This document shows positions 43,492 through 53,224 of a stretch of DNA of 64,000 nucleotides, piece by piece. Numbering within the stretch: position 1 is the stretch's first letter; every line of letters begins with the position of its first letter. The stretch lies in the IMG/VR virus record IMGVR_UViG_3300002220_000624; one strand, 5' to 3'. Source of the stretch: an uncultured virus (IMG/VR IMGVR_UViG_3300002220_000624). Lineage: Duplodnaviria; Heunggongvirae; Uroviricota; Caudoviricetes. A program made the translations under genes and the position numbers. The notes under the pieces were generated by a model, which saw only the letters and a program-made list of their open reading frames with translations, ran no database searches and had not been told where the DNA came from.

Positions 43492-43564
43492 TACTCCGGG
43501 ATGGGATTGAACCATCGACCTCCAGCTTATAAGGCTGATGCTCTTACCACTGAGCTACCGGAGC
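43492..43564 (-). tRNA. tRNA-Ile, anticodon UAU
   Basis: GCTCCGG/CCGGAGT acceptor, GCTC-AGTGGTAA-GAGC D arm, TCAGC-CT TAT AA-GCTGG anticodon arm, GATGG-TTCAATC-CCATC T arm, discriminator A, no encoded CCA. Confidence 0.9.
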
Positions 43565-43627
43565 AATAATAGCGGCCCGCCGATAATCGTGAGGCCGTTA
43601 ACGGCGGGCCGGGTTTTAACTGACTAT

Positions 43628-43777
43628 CTAACCATATTCGTGTTGGTCGATCCTGTTGCCAGTACACTGTGCTGTCCTGGATGCGCGGTTCCTCACTAAC
43701 CGTGGACCAGAGAATGAGCGTAATGGACACAGGGCGATCAACACGAGTATGATGAGCATAGTAATAATGCCCATCAT
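43628..43777 (-). CDS. 49-aa small hydrophobic peptide (not in ORF track)
   Basis: AGGAGG RBS at 43785-43790; MMGIITMLIILVLIALCPL...; TAG at 43628. Confidence 0.5.
   Translation of the reverse strand: MMGIITMLIILVLIALCPLRSFSGPRLVRNRASRTAQCTGNRIDQHEYG
43633..43751 (+). ncRNA. candidate rod-like structured RNA, antisense to the 49-aa ORF
   Basis: 23-bp terminal stem whose three non-Watson-Crick pairs are G-U on the + strand, plus nested CTGG/CCAG and GCGGTT/AACCGT stems. Confidence 0.4.
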
Positions 43778-43793
43778 TTCTTTGCCTCCTTTC

Positions 43794-43973
43794 TTATTTT
43801 AGAATTTCGTTAATTAGTGAAACAGGCCAAAACAACACTAGATTAAATATTTTGGTTTTTGTCGCCTTTGTTTCTCTTATTGTCGGATCTAAGATGCAAA
43901 ACACGAAAGAGAAAAAAGATATGACAACGTAGTACAAGAAAACATAGGCAAGTAGAATTAACACTGTTAACAT
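43794..43973 (-). CDS. 59-aa membrane peptide (not in ORF track)
   Basis: MLTVLILLAYVFLYYVVISFF...LFWPVSL; two hydrophobic stretches. Confidence 0.5.
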   Translation of the reverse strand: MLTVLILLAYVFLYYVVISFFSFVFCILDPTIRETKATKTKIFNLVLFWPVSLINEILK

Positions 43974-43991
43974 AATAAAAACCTTAAAGTG

Positions 43992-44133
43992 TGGCGCTGG
44001 CGGCAGGGTCTCGACTGCTTCATTAACACGGGCTCTCGATCGCTGGATGACTAACCAGCGAAAGTGTGTTAAAGGTGTTGAGCGTCACAGCCTAGACACT
44101 CTTCACAAAAACAGGAGTCAACCTACCGCCAGC
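43992..44133 (-). ncRNA. candidate structured ncRNA with tRNA-like closing stem and 3' GCCA
   Basis: GCTGGCGGTAGG pairs with CCTGCCGCCAGC followed by G-CCA. Internal hairpins TTAACAC/GTGTTAA and CGCTGG/CCAGCG. Confidence 0.45.
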
Positions 44134-44186
44134 AACCACTGGGTGATTTGCTTATGATAATGTTATCGAAAACTTTCTGTTATTTT

Positions 44187-47053
44187 TTACCACTTTGCAT
44201 AATCAGGCAAAGATTCGTAAATCTCTTGGCAGTGGATCTCGATTTCAATTGCTGTCTGAATCAGGCCGCCCATTCTACACTGAATCGCCCATCTCTTTGC
44301 TTGGCAGTAACACGCAATGCCGAACATGGTTGTTACGTAGTCATTCGGCTTGCTTGGAAATAACTCTTCAGCCTCCTTTTTCAAATCCTTGCGAGACAGT
44401 TGACAAATTGCAAGCAAGTCGTCTTGATCCAGTGCATCAATATTCGGAACACATGCATTCGCAATTGCGTCACTCTCCTTTACAAACAACCGTTTCAATA
44501 CATCTCCATCGGATACTGACCTCACTGTTTCAAAAGTTCTGATTCCTCTCTTGAGGCGAATTTCAAATGCCTCTGGCGTCCTTTTCCACAATTTTATTGA
44601 CGTTATCTTGTACCGATACGGAGTCCCGTCGGCATTGTGAAACCGGCTGCAGTACAAGATCTGTCCAGAAGACAATAAATCAACGTCTTTTCTTGTAATC
44701 ATAAATATTCTCATGTTTGTGGTTAGGCAGCTTTCAATGTCCCTATACTAAATCCTGTGATGTCAAATAACGTTTCTTCCCCAACCTTGAATTCCTACGC
44801 TTAGCTCCTTGGTGGATTCCACAACAGAGCTGGGGAATAAATTTTTAATGTAGTCGATAGCCAGTGATTTACACGTTGCAAAAACAAATGAGCTTTCATC
44901 TGCGTTAGTGTCAATGTTTCTGAAACGCACTTCGTGTAGAGATATTTTCGTCAGATCGCCGCCGATCTCCAAATAAAAACCGAGTTGATAGTCCGGTCTC
45001 GATTCACATAGCAAGATCTCAGCAACAACCATATTGTCAAATTCCTCTACAGAGTAGCATTGCGTTTCGGTTCCACTCAATATCTGGCATTCTCTGCTGT
45101 CTGTTGACGCAAACACTACTCCAACCATTACGTCATCAGCTAGTATCGAAAATGGAATAGATTGTGAGCGGATGTCGGAATCTTGAATTGAATCGAACTT
45201 CTCTTTTAAGATGCAACATGCTTGGCTGTTAGCACGAAAAGCAGATGCAGCGATGACATACTGCTTAGCAATCGCACCGATGCTGCATTTGTAAAGATAA
45301 TGCACGATATTCTTATCTGGTGGCGATGGATTTGCAACCATAACTCCATTGCTGAATATCTTAAAAGACCAGAGTGTTCGTATAGCGCCAAGTTTTGCGA
45401 CTCTTACTGTTTCTGTCATTGCTACATAACTCCTTGTGTTTTTATTTCTTGTGTTATTGTTTCTTCTGTTCTTCTGGTTCGTCTGGTTCGTCGATAACTT
45501 CCCAGTCTTTTATGTTGCACATTCCGAAAGCTGCTCCGTCTACACTATGTGTCCAAAAGTATCCGTTTTTCGACGGAGATACATTTCGCACATCGCCAAT
45601 CCCGATTGCGAGTCTGCGACTTGGACCAACATAAAAGTTTTTCTTTGCACGAACTAACACTGTTAATTCCCCTTACTTTGAAATCACGATAATCGACTCC
45701 GACTCATTCTGGTTCTGTAACACCATCCCGGACACGAGCACTTGCTCTGGATTCTGATTCCACAGCCTATACAAGGCAATTGTCTCGGCACGAGAAATTT
45801 CGCTGTTTGTGTCGCCAGATAGCAGAATGAATCGCAGTGGTTCCATGTGTTTCGGCCTGTTGAATATCATCTTACACGACATGGATTTTTGATCCGAAAA
45901 GAAAACGCTGTTCACTGACTCGCCTGCTGCTGTGTACGTAGCCGGAATTGGCGTAGCTGTAACATGCTCATCCATGCCGATGCGGCTTAGCGAATATACA
46001 AAATGGCCCTTCTTGTTTTTGGTAATGGAGGTTACGAAATATTGCCTCTCTTCCTGATCTGCTGTCATAACAAGCAGAATTTTGAGCCATTTCGCCAACT
46101 CAATATATTTGTACCAAGTGCCGACTTTATTCTCTTTTGGCCACAGCTTTTGCAGAATCTGCTTGCCATACTTCAGCCCAGGCATTGGAGATGAATACAG
46201 TGAAGCTGACAATGCGCAAATCTCCATATCGCTCATTTGCCTATTTATGCTCTGCTCGATGAAATACCGTGACACAAAGCTGCGAATACCAAGAGACGCG
46301 AGATTCTCGGCAGCACCGGCAACCCCAATACACTCTATCATGAGTTCATTAAACTCTTCTTCTGGTGTAAGCGGCGGCGGTTTCGTTGACATTTTCACGT
46401 AGGCCCCAATTGTCCGATTGTAAATCCGCTCAGCGCTTGGGAATGCGTCAATCACGCTCTGATTATTAGAAGAGTATACGATTGTGTTCCCGATTCCATC
46501 ACTGTATAAGATCCAGTATTCGTACATCACAAGCTCCTTTGTTAGGTTGCCGACTTCAGTTCCCAACCGCCGCTGCTGATTGGCTGGAATTTCTTGTTCA
46601 CGTATTTCCGATACGGTAGCGTGTCACCGCTGTCAAACCGATACCCATAGACGACGTATCCATACATCCTATTCCAGCTAATCTTCGCTCCTGTTGCCAA
46701 ACAGAAATCTTGATACTCCATTCCGTAACACGTGCTGTTGTGAATTGACTGAAAATCCAAACCCTCCTTTTTGCAAATCGCAACTGCACCCTGTACAGTG
46801 ATCGGGAAATATTTCCATTGATTACACATTACCATGTCCTTTCTTAGTAGATCCAGCGATCTTCTCTAATCATATACAGTGCGGCGATTCCACTAAACGA
46901 GAACACTGCAATCACGTCATTCTTGCTGCATTCTCTTGCGATCTCCTCTACTTGTTTCTTTGCTTCACTAAGCAACCAGTGTTGTGAGTTGAACTCCTTT
47001 TTCACGATTTCGTCGTTGATAACTACTCTCGTTTTGTGTCGAATGTAGTACAA
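44187..47053 (-). CDS. six hypothetical ORFs (44187-44714, 44763-45419, 45454-45660, 45673-46528, 46542-46835, 46844-47053)
   Basis: Co-oriented ORFs, several with AGGA/GGAG RBSs. Confidence 0.55.
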
Positions 47054-47171
47054 GTCTTAGTCTCCTTGAGATTTGCTGGTAAATTTCAGTCCCGTTATTG
47101 GATAGACAGCAGTTCCGCAATTTCCTTACTGTCGTGATCCTTTACTTTTAACACTGTTAAATGCAATGCCC

Positions 47172-47213
47172 GGCGGTGTCTGCAACTGACACTGTGCAAT
47201 TGCAGACACCGCC
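47172..47213. terminator. 14-bp inverted repeat after the 47225 ORF
   Basis: GGCGGTGTCTGCAA...TTGCAGACACCGCC. Confidence 0.55.
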
Positions 47214-47224
47214 TGGGATGGTAC

Positions 47225-48460
47225 TTAACTATGCTTGCTTGAATTGTGGGCCTTGTGGGCCTTGCGGCTGCTATTCCCCCTTTTACGATTCTTAATCGCA
47301 GACACCTTCGATCGCAGCGATCGCATTATCTTTTTCGGCGTATTGGTATGGACTAAGACAGGATACTCTCCGTCTTTTGTGGCCATGTCGCAGCCTAGCA
47401 TTTCAATCTGCTGCTTGATGTATAGGCCATTGAACTTGCCGGCCCACTTACATAGTTCGTACCCGTCTTCTCTGCTTAGGTAGCAAAGAGCGGTCAAGGT
47501 GTCATCGGCCTTTGCGGGAACGTGGCATTCTGGGGCTGCTGGAGCCGGTTTCGGTCCGGCTGATTCTTTTGTGTATTCCTGTCTGGCCTTTTCGCCCACA
47601 AGGAATTCCAGTGCTCGGTCGATTCGAGCAATGGCTTTCTCCGGTTCGACTTTCATAAAGATCTTTTTTAGATTGACTAGCTGTTTTGCCGTCATGCCGT
47701 CCAAAACTAGAGTGTATACTTCTTCAAGCTGTTCTTTCGTCGGCACAAAGCCGTGTTCGAGAAACTGCCTCAGCGGTACGACATTTGGCTGATACGGCTT
47801 GCTTGCAGACCTGTATTGAGGGTCTTGCTGCGGGGCTATGCCATCGTCTAGCTTTCGCTGAATGATCCTTAAGATAGGATCTTTTCTTGCCATCTGGGAA
47901 CGGCCATTGCGGGATGATCGACGAACTGAAGGTGTCGGTTTTATGTGGAGCGGGTTGTACATATCCTCCAACGGGTGAATCCGCGACGACCAATACCCTA
48001 CCTTTTTCTCAAATAGCAGGAATAGAGTATTTTCAAGCTCCCATTGGGACTTGCTTTTCAGTGACGTTATGAATGGAATTAGCTCTCCGTTCATGGCGTT
48101 GATTGTAGCGTCAGCACTATCAACGTCACATTTTATGTATACGACTGGAAATTTTTCACGGTTGTGCTCAAGCACCGTTGACACTTGCCAGTGGTGCTCG
48201 AACAGACAGGTGATCTCGTTAAACATCAATCGTATGATGGTCGCAGGAAGGTCGGCGTTTTGCCGACTAAAAATTGTTTCGGCGGCTGCGGTTTCGGTGG
48301 CGGCGGTTGCGGCTTTTTTGGTTGCCGATACAGATAATTTTGCTGTTTCGGCGTTGATTCGATCAAGTTCAGCTTGCAACTCCGCTAGTTTGGCTGCGTG
48401 CTCAATGTCAATGTCTTCTGTTGCGGCCGTCTTTGCCGTCTTGTTTGTTCTTGTAGCCAT
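47225..48460 (-). CDS. hypothetical early protein
   Basis: 411 aa, AAGGA RBS, N-terminal coiled coil. Confidence 0.65.
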   Translation of the reverse strand: MATRTNKTAKTAATEDIDIEHAAKLAELQAELDRINAETAKLSVSATKKAATAATETAAAETIFSRQNADLPATIIRLMFNEITCLFEHHWQVSTVLEHNREKFPVVYIKCDVDSADATINAMNGELIPFITSLKSKSQWELENTLFLLFEKKVGYWSSRIHPLEDMYNPLHIKPTPSVRRSSRNGRSQMARKDPILRIIQRKLDDGIAPQQDPQYRSASKPYQPNVVPLRQFLEHGFVPTKEQLEEVYTLVLDGMTAKQLVNLKKIFMKVEPEKAIARIDRALEFLVGEKARQEYTKESAGPKPAPAAPECHVPAKADDTLTALCYLSREDGYELCKWAGKFNGLYIKQQIEMLGCDMATKDGEYPVLVHTNTPKKIMRSLRSKVSAIKNRKRGNSSRKAHKAHNSSKHS

Positions 48461-48584
48461 TGTTACAATCCTTTATCCTTTGCGGTGGCTGAGTGCTGAC
48501 AGTGCTACTGCTGTTCCGATTGCGTGCATAATAGAACAAGCGATCAAGATTATCGTCACAGTTGACACTGTTAATTCCTTTGTG

Positions 48585-48645
48585 TTTGGTGGTTTTTCTG
48601 TGGCCCGTTAACGGATAGTGCGTCATCCGCTTTACGGGCTGTTAG
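48585..48645. repeat. 61-bp direct repeat, copy 1 (leader/promoter of the 48460 gene)
   Basis: Identical to 49500-49560 except for one base. Confidence 0.9.
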
Positions 48646-48676
48646 TTTTTGTGGTAATGAAAACGCTGGTTTTCTT

Positions 48677-48713
48677 GCTGCTGGCACTGCGGTTCTGTTG
48701 CAGTGCCAGCAGC
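48677..48713. terminator. 14-bp perfect inverted repeat
   Basis: GCTGCTGGCACTGC...GCAGTGCCAGCAGC, downstream of the 48754 ORF. Confidence 0.6.
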
Positions 48714-48753
48714 CTATACATGGTAAATAGTTTGCGTCAGCTTGTGGCGGCTA

Positions 48754-49434
48754 CTAACCTATGTCGATTACTGACTTCATCTTTTGAATGCCAAAGGCAA
48801 TCTCACCAGCCTGTTCAATACTCAGAGCGACACCCTCATTAGCCATGATGCTGGTTACCTTATCATATGCTTCTTTAGTTGCTTCGCATTCTCTAACTTC
48901 AATGCTCAACTTGTTTTCTATGCAGTCAAGTGACTCAGACAGAGCATACGCTATGGTCTCATAATACTCATGGCAAATATCGCTTCCATAGCATGAATTA
49001 AAAGCGCGCTTAATCACGGGGTAGGAAAATTGCCCATTGCTCATCAGCGAGACCGCGAATTCGACAGTGACGAGTGTTTCCGAATCGTCAAGGTAGGAAT
49101 GTATTTTGCATTGCGCTTCTGGACAATTCTTTGCGATTCTCATGCGGAGCACCAAAACCTCGCATGGATGATACCATACGATGGTCTTGAATGTCGATGC
49201 CATGTTGACACATTCCTGTACCAACTTTGACACGACAATCATAAACTTCGACAAAAGCATCCATGCGATACCGGAATCTGCCGCATCGTCGATGGCCTTG
49301 ATGGTCATGATTGCACTGATGACCTTCTTAACTTCTCCGACCACAGTGGTCATCTTTCTTGTGGCATCTTCGCGGTTGTTGTTGTTGTTGTTGTTGTTGT
49401 TGCTTTTGTTGCGTCGGTTGTTTCGGATAGTCAT
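48754..49434 (-). CDS. hypothetical protein with poly-Asn N-terminus
   Basis: GAGG RBS; (AAC)n tract. Confidence 0.65.
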   Translation of the reverse strand: MTIRNNRRNKSNNNNNNNNNREDATRKMTTVVGEVKKVISAIMTIKAIDDAADSGIAWMLLSKFMIVVSKLVQECVNMASTFKTIVWYHPCEVLVLRMRIAKNCPEAQCKIHSYLDDSETLVTVEFAVSLMSNGQFSYPVIKRAFNSCYGSDICHEYYETIAYALSESLDCIENKLSIEVRECEATKEAYDKVTSIMANEGVALSIEQAGEIAFGIQKMKSVIDIG

Positions 49435-49499
49435 TTCGGTTTTCCTCTACATGGCTAGTTGTTTCTTAACAGTGCTGCCATGTTTAACACTGTTAAGTT

Positions 49500-49560
49500 T
49501 TTGGTGGTTTTTCTGTGACCCGTTAACGGATAGTGCGTCATCCGCTTTACGGGCTGTTAG
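49500..49560. repeat. 61-bp direct repeat, copy 2 (leader/promoter of the 49434 gene)
   Basis: See 48585-48645. Confidence 0.9.
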
Positions 49561-49588
49561 GTTTGTGGTGGAGTGAATTGGTACATAA

Positions 49589-49624
49589 AAACCCGGACAC
49601 CTGGATGTCCAGATGTCCGGGTTT
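49589..49624 (-). terminator. intrinsic terminator
   Basis: AAACCCGGACA..TGTCCGGGTTT with a T-run on the - strand. Confidence 0.65.
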
Positions 49625-49640
49625 CTGGTTGTCGGGTGGA

Positions 49641-50099
49641 TTACTCGAATTCGGACAAGTCGAATTCCTGCGCCGCTTTGCTGGTGACGTAGCCTTCGGC
49701 CAGCATAGCTTCGATCATTTTGTTGAGATACGCATCGAATCGGTCCCGATCGAAGTGCGCCAAGCACAACAACTGCCGATACATCTTAACAGGGAACGGC
49801 CTACCACCGTCGATTGAGATGAAGATAGCGTGTTGCTCGCCACCGCGCTTTCCCTTGGGAGTCTTTGCCACGGAGTACTTGCACTTCCCGAAATACTCCC
49901 GCCAGCGCGCCTCATTCTTTTCCGGGGTATCGGCACCGCGGATATTAGAGGATTGCGCGGCTTGATTGGCGCGAGCGGTCTGCAATTCCGCCTCTGCTCG
50001 CCTTGCCTTTGCCTCTTCGATTGCCTGCTGGGCGCGAGCAATCTCCAGTTGTTTGTCGAGGTCTGTCGTCTGCTTGCGTGTTGTCGTTTTTGTCGCCAT
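49641..50099 (-). CDS. hypothetical early protein
   Basis: AAGGA RBS. MATKTTTRKQ N-terminus resembles that of the 48460 gene. Confidence 0.65.
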   Translation of the reverse strand: MATKTTTRKQTTDLDKQLEIARAQQAIEEAKARRAEAELQTARANQAAQSSNIRGADTPEKNEARWREYFGKCKYSVAKTPKGKRGGEQHAIFISIDGGRPFPVKMYRQLLCLAHFDRDRFDAYLNKMIEAMLAEGYVTSKAAQEFDLSEFE

Positions 50100-50139
50100 T
50101 GCATTGTTCCTTGCGATGTGAGAATCGGTGCTGGCCACG

Positions 50140-52350
50140 TGTGATGGGTACGTACCATCGGGCCGGGAAGAACGGAAGCAAAGCCAGTGCCAACCAGAAG
50201 TGGGGTATCGCTAAATCGTTGTGCCGCAAGGGGTTACGACGCATAAAAGCTGGCCGATGGATTGATTTAGTAGCGTAGAGGGGCGGCTAGTTGGCAAGAA
50301 TGGTCGTTTTTCTGCTTAAATCTGTAGCAATGGTGCGTAAACCAGTGGCAATCGCTAACTTATTGGCAGTAAACGGCTTAAATGACGTATAGCCCAGAAG
50401 GATGCGTATTCAAAAGGCATAAAAAAGAGTCCGCTTGGACTACAAGCAGGAGAATAAGCAAAAACACGTGTCCTGCGGCCGTTTCGGCCCCGGTGCCGCA
50501 CTATATAGAGGATCTTTTTTCAAAATATGCAACACTTTGGTATGAAATTAAAGTACAATTGACTAATTTCAGCCCACCTACTTACGCACGATATCAAAAA
50601 TAGCACATAATTACATTTGCAAACAAGTAGTTATGAGTATTTCTGTGCATGAAAACAGCCTATACAGAAATATTCACTGGTGGCGTTTGCGTTATTAACA
50701 CTGTGAATTCGCGGGCAAGTGGCCTCGGTATTACTTGGTGAATGCACCCTGCAGTTTTGTAGTTCACTTGACGAGCCTGAATAAGGAGTTAGCTTGATAT
50801 TTCCTGTCATGTAGACAGATAAAAATATTTTTGTCGATTTTGCCAAAAAGTAGAATATTCAAAAATACGGTTTTCAAGAAATCACAAAACATGCCGTTTT
50901 AACACTGTTTAGTCACTTTTTATTACTGAGTAAAGATTGACAAAAATTAAGAATATTACTTTTAGTAAGATAGTATTATTTAACAGTGATACTAAGAAAT
51001 TAACAGCTTGCTATTTCTGTTAAAAAACTGACAAGCGAACGTAAGGGGTGAAGGTTTTGAAGCAATGGTCACGATGAAGCGGACTACCACCAAAACGAGG
51101 TATGGCGTAAATTCCGTCACCTTTCACCCCTTTTTGAAGTTTGCTTGGGCTCAAGCGATTAAAAATTAACCCCTCTAACACAGGGGGGTGACGTTTCTTA
51201 AAACCAGCACCTATGGGTGGCAGGTCTCCATAACCCCTTACAGGACAAAGGTTTACATCAACACTATACACCCCCCTGTCGTTTTCCGCTATTTTTTAGA
51301 CGCTCCAAACTGGAAGTTGACTTGAATACCCTAAAAAAAGTGGTAGTTAGTGAAGTGTACTCATACACTACAGTATGCTTGTATATAGGGGCTGTTTTCA
51401 CAACCCATTTACCCTATATCCCGTGGGGAAAACGGGGTGTCAAAAATGAACTACCAAACGGCCCGAATCTAAGTTGTTGTCCTGTATAGGCTTGCATCGA
51501 GAAACGCGAGACTTCAGAAATGCGACAGTGGGTGTTGTTTTTGAAACAAAGAGTTATAGCCCCATGTCAGATCACGTTTTTCCTTCAAATCCGTCACCCA
51601 TGTCGCTCTGGCAAAATTAACAGAGTGTCCACTGTGTCACTCTGTTAATTGTCAGAGTGACTTTTTACGTAACTGACATAACATTGTTAACATTGTTAAC
51701 ATTGTTAACTTATATACTTTTTTATAACTTTTCTATTCTACTGTATCTATTTTTAATAACAATAATAACGTTACTAACTTTGTTAATTTTCTATATCTTT
51801 TATACATCTACAGTTCTTCATATATCCTATAAATTCAATATCGCTTATAGATCAGTTATATTACCTATTATTACTTCTCGACCGCCAGCGGACGCACCAC
51901 CAAGGATGCCGCATTGCCTCATTCCGGCCCACAGCATCAACGCTCCCGCACTTTCCTGCGGAGCGTGTGTTCTAGCACGTCCATCGCAACAGCACCCCAG
52001 AATCGTTTTAAACGCACCAGTGAAGCATACCCATGTTCATAAGTTTCAAAATTTGCAATAACTCTCCAAAACTGCCCATCTTAACATAAATTTCATAAAT
52101 TTCATAAATTTCATAAATCTTGCAAAAATGCATATTAAAAATAAACCTCCAGTGTAGCATATCAAAATTATCTACGATAACACTAATACAGAGGTCGCAA
52201 GTAATCAGCACTGCATCAATACAATATCTCTAGCATTGTCAAGTATTAGACGCCAATCAGAAACCAGCGAAAACATCACACAAGCAAGAAGTTAGAATCT
52301 AAAAATAGCTTTAACACTGTCAATCATAGAGATCAATCACCAGGAGTACG
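50140..52350. other. large divergent non-coding region (candidate origin/control region)
   Basis: No credible ORFs, strand switch, inverted and tandem repeats, AT-rich tracts. Confidence 0.55.
50177..50193 (-). promoter_or_regulatory. sigma54 (-24/-12) promoter consensus
   Basis: TTGGCAC-TGGCT-TTGCT matches TGGCAC-N5-TTGC, ~80 bp upstream of the first leftward gene. Confidence 0.55.
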
Positions 52351-52355
52351 CAAAT

Positions 52356-52673
52356 TTGTCACGCAAGTATTCTAAGCCAACAGCAATGCTCCCAATAAAC
52401 ATAGCTGCATCATGTATAGGCATCTCTCCGGCACAATTAAGAAGACTATGTGTTAATAAAAGGATCAGATCAATAAACATATCATCATCAGCGAGCCGCA
52501 ATGAATATAGGATTCCAATACTAGAACTCGTTAAGTTTATGCAAGAAAATTGCCTAAAAGTACCTGAGCAACTAATAAAACTAGAAGAATCAGTTAGAAT
52601 TAGAAATGAAGCAGAGTTAGCAAGCCATATAAACACAACTAAAGACGTAAATCATAAGCCAAATCAAGCATAA
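52356..52673 (+). CDS. excisionase/HTH_17-like DNA-binding protein
   Basis: AASCIGISPAQLRRLC..KRIRS...YRIP..EL..F; AGGAG RBS. Confidence 0.65.
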   Translation: MSRKYSKPTAMLPINIAASCIGISPAQLRRLCVNKRIRSINISSSASRNEYRIPILELVKFMQENCLKVPEQLIKLEESVRIRNEAELASHINTTKDVNHKPNQA

Positions 52674-52687
52674 CGGAGAACTAAACA

Positions 52688-53192
52688 ATGAAAAACACAC
52701 CAAAAAAGCAGCAAAAAACCAACCAAAACACTACAAAAAACCACCAAAAAACCACAAAAACAATCTAATACACGACCAAAATTAAGCGAAAAACCAGTAC
52801 ATATAAAGGAAATTTCTGGTGAATTTCATACAGACAAACAGATACACGCAGCAGAATCACTCAAACCTGCTGCAGAGATGAAACAAAGATACTTTCATTC
52901 AGTGATCTTAACCAGACAATTTCCGTCATTTTATAGCAATGACTCAATCTTAATGAACACTGTTAATCTGCAAACAGATCCATCAAAAGCAGCAATTAAC
53001 ATAGCACTTCCACTCGCAGTACAGTTAAACGGAAATTTCCCTGTAAAGGTTTTTTCTGGAAAATACACACCTGATAAATTATGCTCACAACCAAATGAAG
53101 AACAAAATGAACAAAATGAAAAGAACAAAGCGAAAAAAATGAACAAAGCGAAAAAAATGAACAAAACGAAAAAAATGAACAAAACGAAATAG
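52688..53192 (+). CDS. Lys-rich hypothetical protein, probable 1-nt frameshift just after the ATG at 52688
   Basis: GGAG RBS plus ATG at 52688. The frame of the 52878 ORF is open back to 52692. C-terminal 18-bp tandem repeats encode KKMNK(A/T). Confidence 0.4.
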
Positions 53193-53224
53193 AGGTTAAC
53201 TACCTAAAAGAACTGTCACATGAA

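Noticed and set aside
50382..52211. Short ORFs in the divergent region
   Set aside because: No RBS, low-complexity or repeat-derived translations, and inconsistent strands.
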